A stretch of DNA of 64,000 nucleotides from Botryllus schlosseri (taxonomy: Eukaryota), in contig CM119379.1 in assembly GCA_051294905.1 (NCBI GenBank), positions 18,848,001-18,912,000 of the forward strand. The letters are read 5' to 3'. The translations under genes and the position numbers were made by a program. Every line of letters starts with the position of its first letter. Positions within the stretch are counted from its first letter, which is position 1. The notes under the pieces were generated by a model. That model worked only from the letters and a program-made list of their open reading frames with translations. It was not told the origin of the DNA and ran no database searches. Positions 26,755 through 39,454 of the stretch are shown in pieces.

Positions 26755-26780
26755 CAGACACAGCGGCGTCCCGCCACCTG
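26755..26780 (-). promoter_or_regulatory. Composite E-box + BMP-responsive element, module 7 (reverse strand)
   Basis: Minus strand reads CAGGTG-GCGG-GACGCC-GCTGT-GTCTG (plus strand CAGAC ACAGC GGCGTC CCGC CACCTG). Confidence 0.65.
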
Positions 26781-27957
26781 GTAAAATTCGGTTATCACCT
26801 GAACAGGATTTGATCGAATGGAAAATACCTCATCGCATGTCGATAGCCGAGAGATTACAGTCAGGCGCGTGACAGATCATTCTGAATCACCTTGGTTTTA
26901 ATTGACGGAATTAGCGCCGCTTACATTTGAGATTACAATTATCCAACAAATCAGCTCCCTTGGCATTGTACTGATGAGATCTTCGGAGAGCTAAAAAACG
27001 CAAAAGCGGAACATTGCAGCGCGAACTACGCGCGCTATACTAACGTCACCGCATCACCGCAAATATGGACGAATGCGTGACTATGAAGATATGTTTTAAA
27101 GATATAGCTGCGACGGGTGTTTCATAATACGCAATAAATCGTTAACAAAGAAAACCCAGTGATGTGTGATCTGTTTTCATTTATGTACAACGACACCCTA
27201 TGTCCGATCAGCGGTCTCTTCTAATGGTTCGAAAATTGGCGATGATTTATAGTTGACTGTGGTTGGTAACGCTAAGAAGCGTGTGCTACTAAAGCTGCAA
27301 TTATTGTTATGTGAATAATCGAGCTATATCATTGCGTTCCGCGAACTGCGGTGATATCACTGCTTAAATATCCGAGCCAAGGAAGCGTTATTTGAAACTC
27401 TATATACGCCTAATTCCGCGCTCAATCGGAATAACAAACAAGTTTGCTTAGGTGCGCGCGGCTTTGCTGTTTGCTAGTAATATTTGCAAATTTCCTTTTA
27501 GGTATTGGTATTTGCAATTATACTAATTGTGAAAGGCGGTCGAGATGAAAGTAGGCAAAGTGCAGTTGCCCCAGACTTGGACCTGCGAATTCAACCTTTC
27601 GACCCGTCGAAATGGGGAGATAATAAGCGTTGTTGCTTCCCTAATGAGTTGCTCTCCACAAATCATTGCGATAAGGCTAAATTCATATGTTTGATACCGA
27701 AATCTTTCGGACAGATGATGCCTCAAACTTGATCACTGTATAGGAAAGACTCTGGAACAGGTTGCAAATCGGAATAGGTTCGCCGTATCTGGACGTTAGC
27801 AGCGTAGACTTTATGAACCATCATGAACCCGATCGATATTTCGCACTCGTGCTGCATGCATGTAAATGGGGATGGGCGCACAAAAAATGTGAAGTCATTT
27901 ATGTGACTCGCGTACAGGCCGGTGCGTCTGTTGCGCGCCACGTCTACAGGGAATATT

Positions 27958-28020
27958 TGTGGGAGGGTGGGAAGGACGGCTCGGGCAGCTGCCGGCCTGC
28001 GCTCGCTGAAGTTTCCCACG
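27958..28020. promoter_or_regulatory. Candidate Notch/CSL (Su(H)/RBPJ) + E-box enhancer
   Basis: GTGGGAA at 27967-27973 and TTCCCACG at 28013-28020 in inverted orientation, CAGCTG at 27986-27991 between them, plus TGTGGGAG at 27958, all in a CpG-rich patch. Confidence 0.45.
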
Positions 28021-28685
28021 TCGTTCGTTTGACTACGCGCGTAAGTTCAGTTCGAACAATAACGCTACAACGCGTTTCAGACGCCTATCGTGTTTCTATC
28101 GTACAACGATAGGTCGCAAGGTATCGTTAGAAAGGAAATTGATTGAATATGACGCCACTTGATATAGCACGCCGAGTAATAATAAGGCCTCCCTGTCTGG
28201 ATGAGTATTTTACCATATAATCAGATATGGACCTAATACCAATGAAGTCTATACTTAACCGGTGCAGCGAACATAACTATCATCGCTATTTCAATTGGCA
28301 TTCCTGTATTTTACACCGGATTGGTAATAGATCTGTGACGTCACATTCTGACCACCAGGGATGTTTTGCTCGAAGTTGTTTCCACCATTATAGGTAGAAG
28401 TTGAAGGATGGGGACAAAGATACTGTTTGGTCGACCAGTTTATTTTCTGACTCTTCGAACTGCAAGTTTGATTATTATTTTTATCGCACATGCGCATCTA
28501 AATATATATACCGCACTGTAGATAAATGGGTGGAAATAAGTTCATTAACCAGATTTACACCATGACGAGGGGTGCATATTATTGGAGTTTCTGGTTGTTA
28601 ATTTGACCTTTACGTCTGTTCAAGATGGCTAAAATAAGTCAAATGCAATGTTTGGTATGGAATTATGTCTCAGGAGTGTAAAGTG

Positions 28686-29513
28686 CAGGGGTGTCAAGCT
28701 CGAATTAAGTCGCGGGTCGCACCAGTCAACTGATTCCAGAATGTTTCCTCATGCCATTGCTATATTTATTATTATGAACTGTGATACAGTGTCATATACT
28801 ATTATAATAGTGTATCGCGGTTCATAGGGGTATCGAGCATGTATCGACATATATATTCGCAAACATTGGAATTGGTAAAAACGGGATGATCGGCCGGTTG
28901 AACACAGTTATGAACCTCTAAAACAGTGGCGGTAACGACGATATAAGTAGCCATATTACTGTGCTCCCTTAGCTTAAGTCGTAATCTGGCTTTGATCCTG
29001 TGTATGCGATCTGAGATACAAGAGATTAACTGTAAACGATTGGCGTGTCTCCGGATTCCGCGGACCTTTCGAGTCGGAAGTGACACAGCAGTACGCCCAC
29101 AGATACTTGAATTATTCTATGTAACTATAATATATTCTCGATATAAACTGCATATAACGGTTCCGCTTTGGCGTATTCACTTCGGTGAATAACTACTTTC
29201 TCGTCAATTTTTCCATAAAACTCTGAACTCAACGTGCACTTTTTTGGCTTCTCAAAATTGGGAATAGTGGCAACTATACAGTGAAATCACAACACCGCAG
29301 TCGGGTGGTTATAATGTGAGTTACGTACATACTCGACATTTGCTGTCTTGAGGGATTATTTAATGGCAGTATTTATTTGAAAACATCTCAACATGTGCTA
29401 CAGATGCTGGATAAGATAAGCATTTTTCAATCTACTCAGAATTGCTTCGCAGGCCGGATGAAATGGTCTGGCGGGCCGGATGGGACCCGCGGGCCGTATG
29501 TTTGACACCCCTG
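28686..29513. mobile_element. hAT MITE, family B/C
   Basis: TIR CAGGGGTGTCAA / TTGACACCCCTG. Flanks GTAAAGTG and GTATAGTG (1 mismatch). Inverted relative of 48577-49211. Confidence 0.88.
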
Positions 29514-29537
29514 GTATAGTGGGCTCGGTCTACGCTA

Positions 29538-29862
29538 TAGGGTTACCATATTTTGAAAATCTAAAAAGAGGACACTTTTTCAGAATTTGCAGACTTGCAA
29601 AACCGGAGGAGAATTCTAAATCTTACTTACATAGTGGTCGGTTGACTAAAAAAAGGTCAACTTTCCGCTCAGCTCCCGAAATACCCGCCAGTGCGTCACT
29701 TCGGTTGCTGATTTATGGCATTTCAGTCGGATTTTCCGATATATAGGACCAAAATTCTCAAAAAAAGAGGACAAAATCTCAAAAAAGAGGACAAAAGGGC
29801 GTCCTCCGAGGACACTTTCAAAAAAGTCAAAAAAGAGGACAAATCCTATTAAAAGAGGACGT
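29538..29862. mobile_element. Truncated hAT-type MITE with AAAAGAGGAC repeats
   Basis: Left end TAGGGTTACCATA and multiple AAAAGAGGACA copies. Right TIR missing. Confidence 0.6.
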
Positions 29863-30494
29863 TAGTCTATGCGTACCGTATTTTTGCGCTTTATTGCAGT
29901 GATACGCGAAAAGCCTGTTACAACCCTGAGATATATCTTTGTATGAAATGGCACGTTTGACTAATTTGCACCAACTGGAGCGGTTGGGAATGCAAAACGT
30001 TTTACCGGAAAGTGATGCTTTATTTACCCTTCCGGTAGGACGGAAATCGTTAGATCACACGATTTTCGTTTGACGTTCGGAGATGACATGGTCATAGATC
30101 CCGGCTGCAGTACTTTCTAAGTTCCAATCGACGACATCATGAGCTGATAAGATGCGAGCGTCGTTTGTATGTTGACTTGAAAAGGGATGGGATTTGGGGA
30201 TTTAATCGGGATTATTCATATTGGGATTCGGATTTACAAAGTTTGCGAGACGTAGGATTAGGACTTGGGGTGTGAACACGAAAAATGCCGAACAATTTCT
30301 AAGTTTCATATGGGTTTGAATAAATTTAAACGGATAACGAATACAAACTTGAATTAGGAAGAGGAGGCGGGTGGTAACGTGGTTGTTTAATCCACCTTTA
30401 ACGGCGCGTGTCGATTAAAGCCTCGGTATTAGTATAGACGTGTCGTAGGTTTATCTGGGCTCTTCCGTCATTTGTGTTAATGTGGCATCTAGAC

Positions 30495-31790
30495 CAGTGG
30501 TTCTCAACCTTTTTCACCTCGCGGACCTGTAAAATTTCAAAAAATGTCTGGCGGACCGTTGAATTTTTAAAATTGGAATGAAGCCAAAATGTAGAGTATG
30601 CAACCGTTTTCTGCAATTATATGGTGCTAGAGAGCAACATTTAGAGGGTTTTGATCTTAATTTATTATCTTCATGATGGCATCCAGGTGATTTTATGGTA
30701 GTCAGTCTGCTGAGTCAACATAAAATTGCCTTGTCCAGATAAACGTGCCGTTAAACGTCCAGATAAACGTTGAGAGTCGTTTACAAACGTTCGCGCCGAA
30801 GGCCGTGGGTTTAACCGACCACGCCAACTTGAATAATATCCTTCTCTTTGACAATATCGAGAGAACAAGCGTTTCGGAGTCGAACCAAGCACCTTGTCGT
30901 TCCATCTTGCTCATTGCCCACTACCAGCAGACGCATAGGCTACTCTGGCAACTACGAATACTATGCGTGCCGCAAGAAAACACCTTACAGCGACTATACC
31001 ACCCCCAGACCCTACACTTGGGTAGATGTTTTCACCTGTACTTGTGAGCACACTCATTCAACTCAGTGTCAGCAGAGAGTTTATGTTGCATCATCGCGCC
31101 AATAGCGAAAATTTTCGATCATTCATGTCTTAATCGGGTTTCTCGCTGCCGAATTTTGCCACACCGTTTGGAGTCCCATGTTAGCCTTAACGTCATTATG
31201 TGTTGGTACGTCGTGGTGCGGTAATGCCTGACGCCGAAATGCCTATTTTTATAAATCATGCGTGTTTCTCGGAGAAGGGCTCCTAAACATTTAGTGACAC
31301 TAAATCGCGAAAAGCGCGAAAAGAAATTGAAAAATGTTGGGGAAAAAGTTTCAAAAAAATACACCATGATTTATGTTCATTTTCAAAATAATTTTGGGCT
31401 CTTTTGAAGCTCGTCCCCTCTCCAATTGGGTGGTTTGAGGGAACCCGTTACGGTCCTGCACAAAATTAATGAATCAAAAACGAGTGATTGCGCAAACTGC
31501 GCTGTTTAGCGACGAGTCAGCTCGTATCTGTTATGTACTTGTCGCTCGCATGTCGTCTAATGACACGTCCTGAACTTGAAGTCAAATCAAACATGTTTCC
31601 ATAGCCCTAATGTTACCTCACGAAGTTCTGAATTATTTTAAAATTTGATGTTTTATTTATTTTATTATTGGACACGCCTTTAACATTGCATCTTGAACTT
31701 GTGGTATAAAATTGTAATATACCTGGCGGACCGACAGGAATGTCGTCGCGGACCGGCACCGGTCCGCGGACCGGCGGTTGAGAACCACTG
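30495..31790. mobile_element. Non-autonomous hAT-Charlie element
   Basis: 15-bp TIR CAGTGGTTCTCAACC. Perfect TSD ATCTAGAC at 30487-30494 and 31791-31798, matching the NTCTAGAN target preference of Charlie elements. Confidence 0.92.
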
Positions 31791-32349
31791 ATCTAGACGT
31801 AACGGCCCAGGGAAAAACCCATACGCAACAAGAGAATGAAAGAGCAAGGAAACGTCAGAGAACAACAGCAGATCATGGACAATATCAATTATACACTGGG
31901 TCGGCCATTGTTACAATGTGGAATTGTGGATCTTAGATTGATAGACCGTGCTTGATCATTTCGACATCCTCCTAACTGTTCATGGAGCCACATTGTGTGT
32001 TATGTATGGTGTTGTATGTTGTGTGTCTAGCGCGGATTCAAATAATTGCGTACAATTACGTATTTCTTTGTACAAATGAAGTAAAATGCAATGAAAAACT
32101 CGGCTCAGAAGCAGCGGACGTCAAAGTTTCTGAAGAAATCGTGGAATTTGGGGGTCTAGTCAAAGTGATGACCTTTATTCCTTTTAGTCAACACCGCACA
32201 TTACCGGGAAAATACGGGTATATCAGGAGTCCATCCGAAGTGATGAAGTAACAGTACTTCATTATGCGGACCACCTCTGATTGTTGATCTTTATGATATC
32301 GAGGTAATGCATAATTTTGAAACTTGAAACTTGCTCAATTCTAACGCTG

Positions 32350-32800
32350 TTACACTGAATGACTAGCGACAGCTTGCGTCCGGCTACAACAAAGCCTGCT
32401 CGCATTCCGACCCACTCGGCCTTGTTTGTATACGCGGCGCACGCGAGTCGCGACCACGCCCCCGTTACACCTCACGTATTTCAAATCGCGACTGATGCTT
32501 GACAGTCTCATTAATTGGCGCGAAAATTGAACTCTCGTAGCACGCCCGCTTCGCAAAACAAATGCTAAGTCCCGCGAGGACGGTCTGGCGTTCAGGGCGC
32601 GAGTATTTGCACTGTGATAACAACTGAAGCGGAATAGCTCGGGTCGCAAGCCGCCCGAAATCGATTTACGATATATTCCGCGTTTCACGACATATGGACG
32701 GGTCGTCTGGGCTTCGAACGCAGCGCGGCCTGCAAGGCAGGCGTGCGCATGTCGTTATAAGCGATTCCCGCCCAAAAAACGTCTGCATCAGGGATATCTC
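32350..32800. promoter_or_regulatory. CpG-rich promoter/enhancer-like island with E2F-, NRF1- and CHR-like motifs
   Basis: TTGGCGCGAAAA at 32515-32526, TTCCCGCC at 32765-32772, GCGTGCGCATG at 32741-32751, TTCAAA at 32480-32485. No adjacent gene recognised. Confidence 0.35.
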
Positions 32801-33361
32801 TGGTCTCCATACGTGGGTTGTTATGATTTGAATTGGTGTATGGAGTCGGCAGTTATGCGAGTGTGGGGAAAACTATTGGCGACATTCAATTCGGCTTATT
32901 ATTAACTTTTCATTCAATGAATAAACCACGAGATTGCGATACAAAGAAAAGACAGGAAGGAAGGTGCCGAAATGGCTTGGAGTGGGGTTTAAATCGGACA
33001 CCTAACTTAGCCTAGAAGCATGTAAATAAGATGCTTGCACACTGGATTATAGAAATAAAAGGGTAACACAGTTGATAAACTATTCACTAAACAGGCTGCG
33101 GCATTGACGTCGATTAAGCCGGCATTCACATGATATCTACACAATACGGCACTTATCTATTTAAATAAATACGAGTAATTTACGAAGTAAGATAACTGCG
33201 ATTTTATTTTATTCATACTTCGTTTGCAATAGCAGTTACTGAAGCACTCGGATAAGCATATATCTCAGTATTGATAATGATGTATTTGATCGTAGGTTCG
33301 GGCTTTATTTGGTTTCTATACCTTCTCGTGCGTAACATTCACGGCATATATCATACTATCC

Positions 33362-33620
33362 GGAGCTATGACGAGATACCGTGGTGGTATGAACCACAGC
33401 TGCGGGTTCGAGTCCGACCGAGGTCGACTCCAGAGTCCCTTCCCAAGTGTTGGTGGTTTATCTAGGCTGACCAACTGATCAGCGTAAGCGGAGTCTTAAA
33501 GCCTAGAAGTGGGCCGTGCTACAAGTCGGCAGCAAGTGAATCGTAATAAAGAGTATCGGCCTGGTGTTAATGACCTGACCATTGTAGTTGAAAAACATAG
33601 TAACAACATTATAACAATAA
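33362..33620 (+). mobile_element. tRNA-derived SINE family A
   Basis: B-box GGTTCGAGTCC. Body aligns with 41313-41592 and with the reverse complement of 20430-20685. Confidence 0.8.
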
Positions 33621-34380
33621 TAAGCCATACATATATTTTGGTATTATATCATTCGATAAGAAATAGTGTTTTTAGAATTTGGCGAAACCTTGACACAAGT
33701 GATATATTTCACACCAAAAGTACTTTGTATATTGTTGATTCTGAACGATAAGATCGCAGACAATGAAGGAATTCTCCTCGAGGTACGCAACGTCACGTCA
33801 TTCTAATTGAGGTAGTATATCTGTGACGTCAAGCCACTGTTTTTTTAATGCTTTGAAAGGATGTAAATGTGAACAAATGAATGACTGAATGTATGCCTTT
33901 GGTAAAATGGCAGCACCCTGCAGTGGCTGTAATATCCGAAAGTACAACCGCATCCCACAAAAATATATTGGATTCTGCTGACTGAAGCAAATGAAAGATT
34001 TCCATTTTCGTACTGTCTCGGTCAGATCCTTCAATTCTTTTGTATTCATAACGGCAAAGCCGCATAGTATAGTGATAGCAGAGGCCCGCTTCTTCAAATG
34101 CTTCCGAAACTACCTTTCCTCCCCAATTCGTGCCGTTGAATTTCTGAAAGGGTTAGCATAAACTACGCTGTGGGTGGTCAGTTCATATTGAACTAATTCG
34201 CTAAGCTTTTTATTGGCGCTTAAGACGAGCTTTACGGCGTGAGAACGGTCTTGGTTTTGAGCGTGGCCGTATATAATTTTATCCGCGGTTAAGTCAATGT
34301 ATATTAATGAAATAAAGCTTACCATGGCACAGTTACAGCGAAACTGCCACACAACATCGTATTCGTTGATATGTTATAAG

Positions 34381-35024
34381 TAGGGCGAATTTTTTGACAT
34401 GCGAAAGAAAGATCAAAATTTTGTCACAATTGTATAGCGTTAGGTCAAAAAGTGTCAAAATTGTTTACGAAGTCAATTCTTTTTTGCAACTCGCATTTCG
34501 TTTGTATCGCAGGTTTTGCACTGTCAGTGAACTTCTCATTTGACATTTTACAACTTGTAGCCTACTTTATAGGCCTACCGTTGTAGACGGCCCATTGTGG
34601 ATCATAAACATTCAATTGAAGCAAATAGATTGGCATGGTGTTATGCTCAGCGCACCGCAATATCCTAAATGAAGTAAGACTACGTGGGCATTGCATGGTT
34701 CTTATATCAAGAAGCGCATGATAAAAAATTGTGATGTAGACACCATTGTCAGAATGAAGCGACACGGTGTGTCACCTGCAGTGTACGCACAACTTCAGTG
34801 TTGTCAGCCAGCAACCGTTGCTGTTGAACGTTCTTTCTTCATTCTTGCCAGTTCCAACCAGAAATGAAAATAAGTAGTACAATTCTAACATTATGTGGAA
34901 AACACCAAATTTGCCTACGTTGGTCAAAATTTGGTCAAAATTAAGTTATTGAAGATCAAAAAATGCCAAAATTTTGATTGTTTAGGTCAAAACCATCCAT
35001 TTTTTAGCTAAAAATATCGCCGTA
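34381..35024 (+). mobile_element. Internally deleted hAT element with GGTCAAAA subterminal repeats
   Basis: Termini TAGGGCGAATTTTT / AAAAATATCGCCGTA. Flanks GTTATAAG and GTTACAAA (6/8). Carries a transposase remnant. Confidence 0.7.
34703..34867 (+). pseudogene. hAT transposase C-terminal dimerization-domain remnant
   Basis: Translates YIKKRMIKNCDVDTIVRMKRHGVSPAVYAQLQCCQPATVAVERSFFIL, matching the hAT P.TS..VERSFS motif. Confidence 0.75.
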
Positions 35025-38000
35025 GTTACAAACGTACTCCTATGAATCGAATGTCAAGTAGCATTCTAGGGATGCCTCGATGTCGAGATCTCAAGGCAAC
35101 ATTTCAAATTACCACCACATACCAGACGAATTCCTCTTCAAATGCCTCACTTATATTAAATAGAGAAACATACACTTCGCCGGTCATATGTCATCGGGGC
35201 ATGTTTAGTAAACTTTGCAACGAACAATCGAAGATGTATGCGTGTACCAACGGACCTGCTGACTAACTTTATTAACATGGATTGATTTTACACGAACGAC
35301 TAGCGGATATATCAGTAGGCTAGACTTTGATCCTTAGCTCAAAGGTGGGAAGTAATGATATCGATGTGTGTCAATGTATAAGATCCTTTTTGAATCGATC
35401 TATCGATAATTCCTATTTCTGACTTTTAGCACATGGACACTATGACTGTGCTATATACTAGAATGAAAGCGTGAATCCTCCCCCAATGACGTAAGAGTGA
35501 CTGGTTTGATTGGTAGACTTCAGCAAGTCGTTTCCACTCCTTCCTAATTATTCATTGTATCGCAATTGTGTGGTAACTGAACCTCTCTTTGATATTGGCT
35601 CATGTTTTGACAAAGAATCACGTTCACAATATCGGAAATACAGTGACGTCAAGTTGGGAGTCGATTGCCTCAACTAGAAATTGTCAGATATGTCATATAT
35701 GTGCGTCTATTGTGAGTAGCATAGGTAAAAATTCGCACGAATACGTATAATGATTGTGTGCACGTGGGTTGCGTAAATGTGTTCAGGAACTGCATATATT
35801 GTGTGTACTACTGAAATCAACGATACTTCTATCCTCAAGTGGTCAGTATATCGATAAGTCAAATTTCATCAAAGTGAGCCATTTAGCATCTCGGAATCGA
35901 CGCGGGAGTGCGTTACTGTTGCTGAACCCAAACCTGTTTGGATAAGATTTTTCACGCACAAACATTAACACACTGTTTAGGTACTCCCATTGTCATTATT
36001 CATTGTAATTTAATGTAATTAGTATTACTGTCACAGAAGAGATGGTTACCTTATGCAGACTATCGTAATTTCGTCACTGTATAAGCCTAATGTCATGGAT
36101 GTTATATTCAACGAACACGAAAAATCCACTATATACTTTCCAAACAAAATGGACATTATAATACTTCGTACTCATTATAGGTTGAAGATCAATTCCGAAA
36201 ATTATTAAATATCTGGTCTTGGTGGGTTTCCTAATAATAATAGGTCAGACTGAGTTTTATTGTTGCGAGCGTCATCAATCAATCATTTCGCTTTATGCCA
36301 ATCGACAAGTGTTGCATAATACGTTACACGCCGGGCGCTGCAGTTTTGAGGATATTCCTTGCCATTAACCTTGTCTGACCGACAAAACTCGATGTAATTG
36401 CCAGCAATCGCCCGCGTATTTAAAAGATTATTCAGCATCAGTGATTTCGGAAGTTGAGTGCTTGTTCCTTGTGACAAATTGGCGGGCCAGGATTTGCGGG
36501 TTGGATGAGCACGCCGACGCGAAATGGAATAAATCAACACGATACCGGATGTGATCACGGAATCCGATTTCTTGATACAACAAATCTATTTTACTCCCCG
36601 GTACAGTAGGCTACTGAAAACCGCGTCTAGAACAGTCTATGCTCACACTCTTATGTTCACTTAATTATAGTAATAATATAAATATTGTTGTTATCATTGC
36701 AATATACACTTTTGAGATAGCAGTGGGCAGTAACACAGTTCCATTCTTGCCTTAGGAGATTTCATTCCGATATTACCGCAGAAATCCCATTCCTCTTCTA
36801 AGACTTCTGTATGAACATGAAATTGTATAAAACAGTTCTTGTAGATGTACAATTGTACATATCGTGCAGTTGTACGCATTATTATTAGTGCTCAGATCTG
36901 GCGAACTATTCAGAACTCAAGATTGCCAGACCACCGTGAGACATATCGGCCTGGCCTACTGAAACTGGTTACGTTATCTCCTGTTGCTTTGCTTTCCATT
37001 CCTGTCAAGTGTCCGTGCCTCTTATATACAACTTCTGGGCCATGGTGTGGCTTTTCCAATCTTGCCCTTGTACCGCAATCTTGTGACGTTTTGAATTGAT
37101 GGAATTATGAATAAACTGAATGCGATTTCCTTATGCAGCGGCCGAATAGAGGTATTGCGACCTCGTTAATGGATTTAGTAGGGTCATGGCCATGGTAGGG
37201 TGCACTCAAATTTCCACCAACAGTTGACAGTGACGTTCTTTTGGTACGGGAGAGTCAGACACATAATGCCAAGGCTTTCCGTGAACTGAAACCTCACAGT
37301 TATTCAAGTTCGCACCGTATCGTTACCAACTCTTTCGCGCGACAGAGACATTCTGAGACTTCGTTTGATAGACTTCACCAAGTTGTTTCGACTTCTTTCT
37401 AGTTTTCACTCCACCGCAGCGACGCATGTGCCCTTTGTACTTAGTTGTATTCGTACTTGGTAGAGCCCGCGCATTCCATACGTGCACAACTGCACAGTGC
37501 ACATATACATTACACAATGCATGCTTGCACAGCACATATAAGCAGAGGGGTTACCTATGCGGTCACCGTGAACTCCAATGGCATTCGAAAATAAACCGCG
37601 CTAGAGGAAAGTGTCGGCGAAGTTACATTATCGCATATAGTTATTTAATACGGCGTTCTATGACACTTACACCTGCCATATTGCGTAAAAGTGGGGAGTT
37701 ACAAATTGCGATAGGACGACCGCGACTCGGCCAGCTGTGCCAAGGCGTATCGCAGTATTTTCTTGATGTGCATTTGAGTGTTTCGCTGCAATTTGGAGAA
37801 TATTATAGAGTAAAAACAGATTAAAATACCTTTAATAGTCTAGGGTGCATATACCTTTGAGCGAATTACATCGAGGGCACGTCGAAAATTTGGAATGATT
37901 ACGCCTTAAATACGAAATAATTGGCGCAATTGCAGCCTATATATCTGATTTCATTTTCATATTCGATGTAAACGATATTTATTCGGGCATTAAATATGGC

Positions 38001-38298
38001 ATTATTATGTCAGTCTGGCTTTGAGTATGGTCTCACTTGGTGCAATTTCAGTCATGAATATTCGAAAGTTGAAGTGAAGCATCACTAAATAGACATTTAG
38101 ACGTCAAACATTGGCGCGTGGCATTGTGCGTCAGCAGTTACAGATTGAATGCAAAAGGTATGAAATTCGTAGATTGATTTTGTCTCTATCGGATTGCGTC
38201 GTGAGGGTATACAGTACCATCTAACGGCGATTGAGATAAATAACGTAGAGCATTCCACAGCCGTGCCGAAATGTATACAATACATGTCTACGTAGAAT

Positions 38299-38420
38299 CA
38301 GGGTTGGGATCAAATCACTATATCTTCGAGTCATAAGTCATTTCGAGTCACTGCTAATTTTGACTCGAGACAAGTCAAATCATTTTAAAAAGATTCAATT
38401 TAAGTCACGAGTCAAGTAAC
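38299..38420. mobile_element. Truncated end of the GACTC/AGTCA MITE family
   Basis: CAGGGTTGGGATCAA... aligns with the reverse complement of the right end of 60486-61474. Further fragments at about 39980 and 40545-40610. Confidence 0.65.
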
Positions 38421-39454
38421 GCATATTATACACTGGTCTACACGATATTTGCGCCAGGACTTCTTTGGGTCATCTATACCTAATTTGGGGGCGCTGAATA
38501 CGAATCTGACGTCATTTTCGCTCTATCGCATGACGTTTCCGAGATATTATATATGTTGCATATTTATACTTTTTCGAGGTAATCAAGGAGATTTTGGCTA
38601 CTTGCAGTACTCACTGAAGTGGTAATGTTTTACATCTACTTCAACATCTACTTGAACAGTATTCTGGATGAAATAATTACGTTTGCAATTTGGTTTTTGT
38701 AAAGTATAATGTAGTTCAGAGATAATATTGCACCACTATTAGAAGTTAAATTTTCATAAGAAACCCGTAAAATAGCATCTGAATCACGGTAACTGAATAT
38801 ATTTTCCGACGATTCTACCATGGGTGATGTCATTATAGTCATTCTGCGTTAACTGCGACGATACAACTTCCGATTTCGTATGTATCCACCTCCGACTAAC
38901 TGCTGAAAGTATGCGACAACTGTTGAAAGTGTCACGGCAATAAACCAAAAGAAAAACAGTTCAGAAACAGCTTTCCTCGATTCCGATAAAATGTGACAGT
39001 ATATATGGAAACTGGACAGGAATAATTAGCATGATAAGTACAGGTGGAGATTAATGATGATAAATTCTTTCAAGTTATCAGGATAAGCACTTTTTTCTTT
39101 GGAAAAGCCGACATCCTGTTTCTTTTAAAGTTTCAAAACAAAATCAAAGGGCCACTTATTTGGGTCGTGTACCGGAGTGAACAATTCTCTTCTACATAAT
39201 ATACCAACCATACAATGTTTATTGGTTGCAAACTTTTACATTTTACGAAAGAGCAGTGTGCACTCACAAAATGCGTTGACCGATCAAGTTTGCAGGACAG
39301 ATGTATGAAGATGGATAACGTAGGGAACTAAATTAGGCACGGAGCTAATAATAATCTTTAATCGTAGAGTGGTATATAACGACGATAACGGCTAGAGACC
39401 AAAAATAGTTGCATCCACGGGTCGAAGAGAGGTCCTGATCGGACGATAGAGAAC

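Noticed and set aside
27967-28019. Canonical Su(H) paired site (SPS)
   Set aside because: The gap is 39 bp, not the 15-17 bp needed for cooperative dimers; kept only as independent sites.
30745-31047. Gypsy integrase zinc-finger-like LCVP...H...HLG
   Set aside because: Only a few residues match, there are no LTRs or other pol motifs, and it lies inside a hAT element.
33362-33440. tRNA gene (also at 41313, 20600-20685 and 46360)
   Set aside because: A/B boxes are present but there is no full cloverleaf, and each continues into a shared SINE body.
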